Origin: a virus | Lineage: Duplodnaviria > Caudoviricetes | Virus record (IMG/VR): IMGVR_UViG_3300024286_000009 | Location: 1 to 46,226 of that record | Reading direction: 5' to 3' (one strand) | DNA length: 46,226 nt | Shown: in pieces, positions 45,753-46,226 of the stretch | Numbering within the stretch: the stretch's first letter is position 1 | Layout: the number at the start of each line of letters is the position of its first letter | Translations under genes and position numbers: made by a program | The notes under the pieces: generated by a model | What the model was told of the DNA's origin: nothing | What the model saw: only the letters and a program-made list of their open reading frames with translations | Databases searched by the model: none

Positions 45753-45982
45753 CGTGGAATCCGGACCCGCCGAAGGCGGGCCAGACGTGCACGGTGTGCC
45801 TGTGCCCCGACGCCGAGGGCTACGCCGACCTGATGCTCACGCCCGACGACGGCTCGCCGCCGGTGACCGTGCACGCCGTCCCGTGCGCGACGCTCACCAT
45901 GCCGGCAGCGTGGAAGGGCGTCGGCGTGAAGCTCGAAGATTCCAGCGGCCAGTGCTCGCCGAGCTACCGCGTCGTCGCGTAG
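45749..45982 (+). CDS. Small Cys-containing beta-sandwich-like protein
   Basis: MTWNPDPPKAGQTCTVC...; ATGA-coupled. Confidence 0.6.
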   Translation: MTWNPDPPKAGQTCTVCLCPDAEGYADLMLTPDDGSPPVTVHAVPCATLTMPAAWKGVGVKLEDSSGQCSPSYRVVA

Positions 45983-46013
45983 CCGGGCCGCGCCGGGTAG
46001 CATCGCCGGCCTC

Positions 46014-46200
46014 ATGGAAGATCCAGGCGAAGCCTTCTCCCCCGCGCCCGAAGTCGAATACCACTCGCCGGAGCCCGCGCCGGTGCTGCCGATGCCGCGC
46101 GGGATGCCGGTGCCCGACCCGCGCGGCGAGGCGCAGTCGCGCGCCGAGGCGTGCGGGCGCGAGCTCCAGGCGCTCCTCGCGCGCCACCGCTGCCGGCTCG
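46014..46200 (+). CDS. 5' part of the junction-spanning hypothetical protein (continues to 212)
   Basis: ATG 46014 is in frame with ORF 9..212 across the repeat; TAGCAT lies 10 nt upstream. Confidence 0.7.
46075..46200. repeat. Direct terminal repeat, copy 2
   Basis: Identical to 1-126. Confidence 0.95.
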
Positions 46201-46226
46201 AGCCGACGGGTTCGAGCGCCATCGTC

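Overview
This is an apparently complete, circularly permuted genome of a very GC-rich tailed dsDNA phage. Positions 1-126 repeat at 46075-46200, giving a unit length of about 46,074 bp. The leftward replication arm carries an SNF2 helicase, a Cas4-like DUF2800 exonuclease, a DUF2815 SSB, a Leu762-type PolA and an SNase-like nuclease. The rightward arm carries a UDG-like protein, a prim-pol/AAA helicase with an iteron origin at its 3' end, RusA, an HTH protein, a ParB-like protein and TerS/TerL. A roughly 9 kb accessory block follows, with small divergent genes, a signal-peptide-bearing putative glycan-active protein and a tandem SGNH esterase. Next come a Mu-like head module and an unusual tail module with two short paralogous tape-measure-like proteins and a 1160-aa Pro/Gly-rich tail protein. 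The arm ends with a holin-like gene and a prolyl-4-hydroxylase-like 2OG-Fe(II) oxygenase. I could not recognise an integrase, transposase, tail sheath, endolysin, tRNA or CRISPR array. The most interesting observations are: a candidate hydroxylase/Pro-rich virion substrate pair, two candidate intergenic H-type RNA pseudoknots, a UDG-like gene coupled to the primase-helicase, twin mini tape measures, a signal-peptide-like leader on the capsid decoration protein, and a genome-wide leaderless TANNNT promoter pattern. All product calls come from motif recognition by eye; no searches were run.
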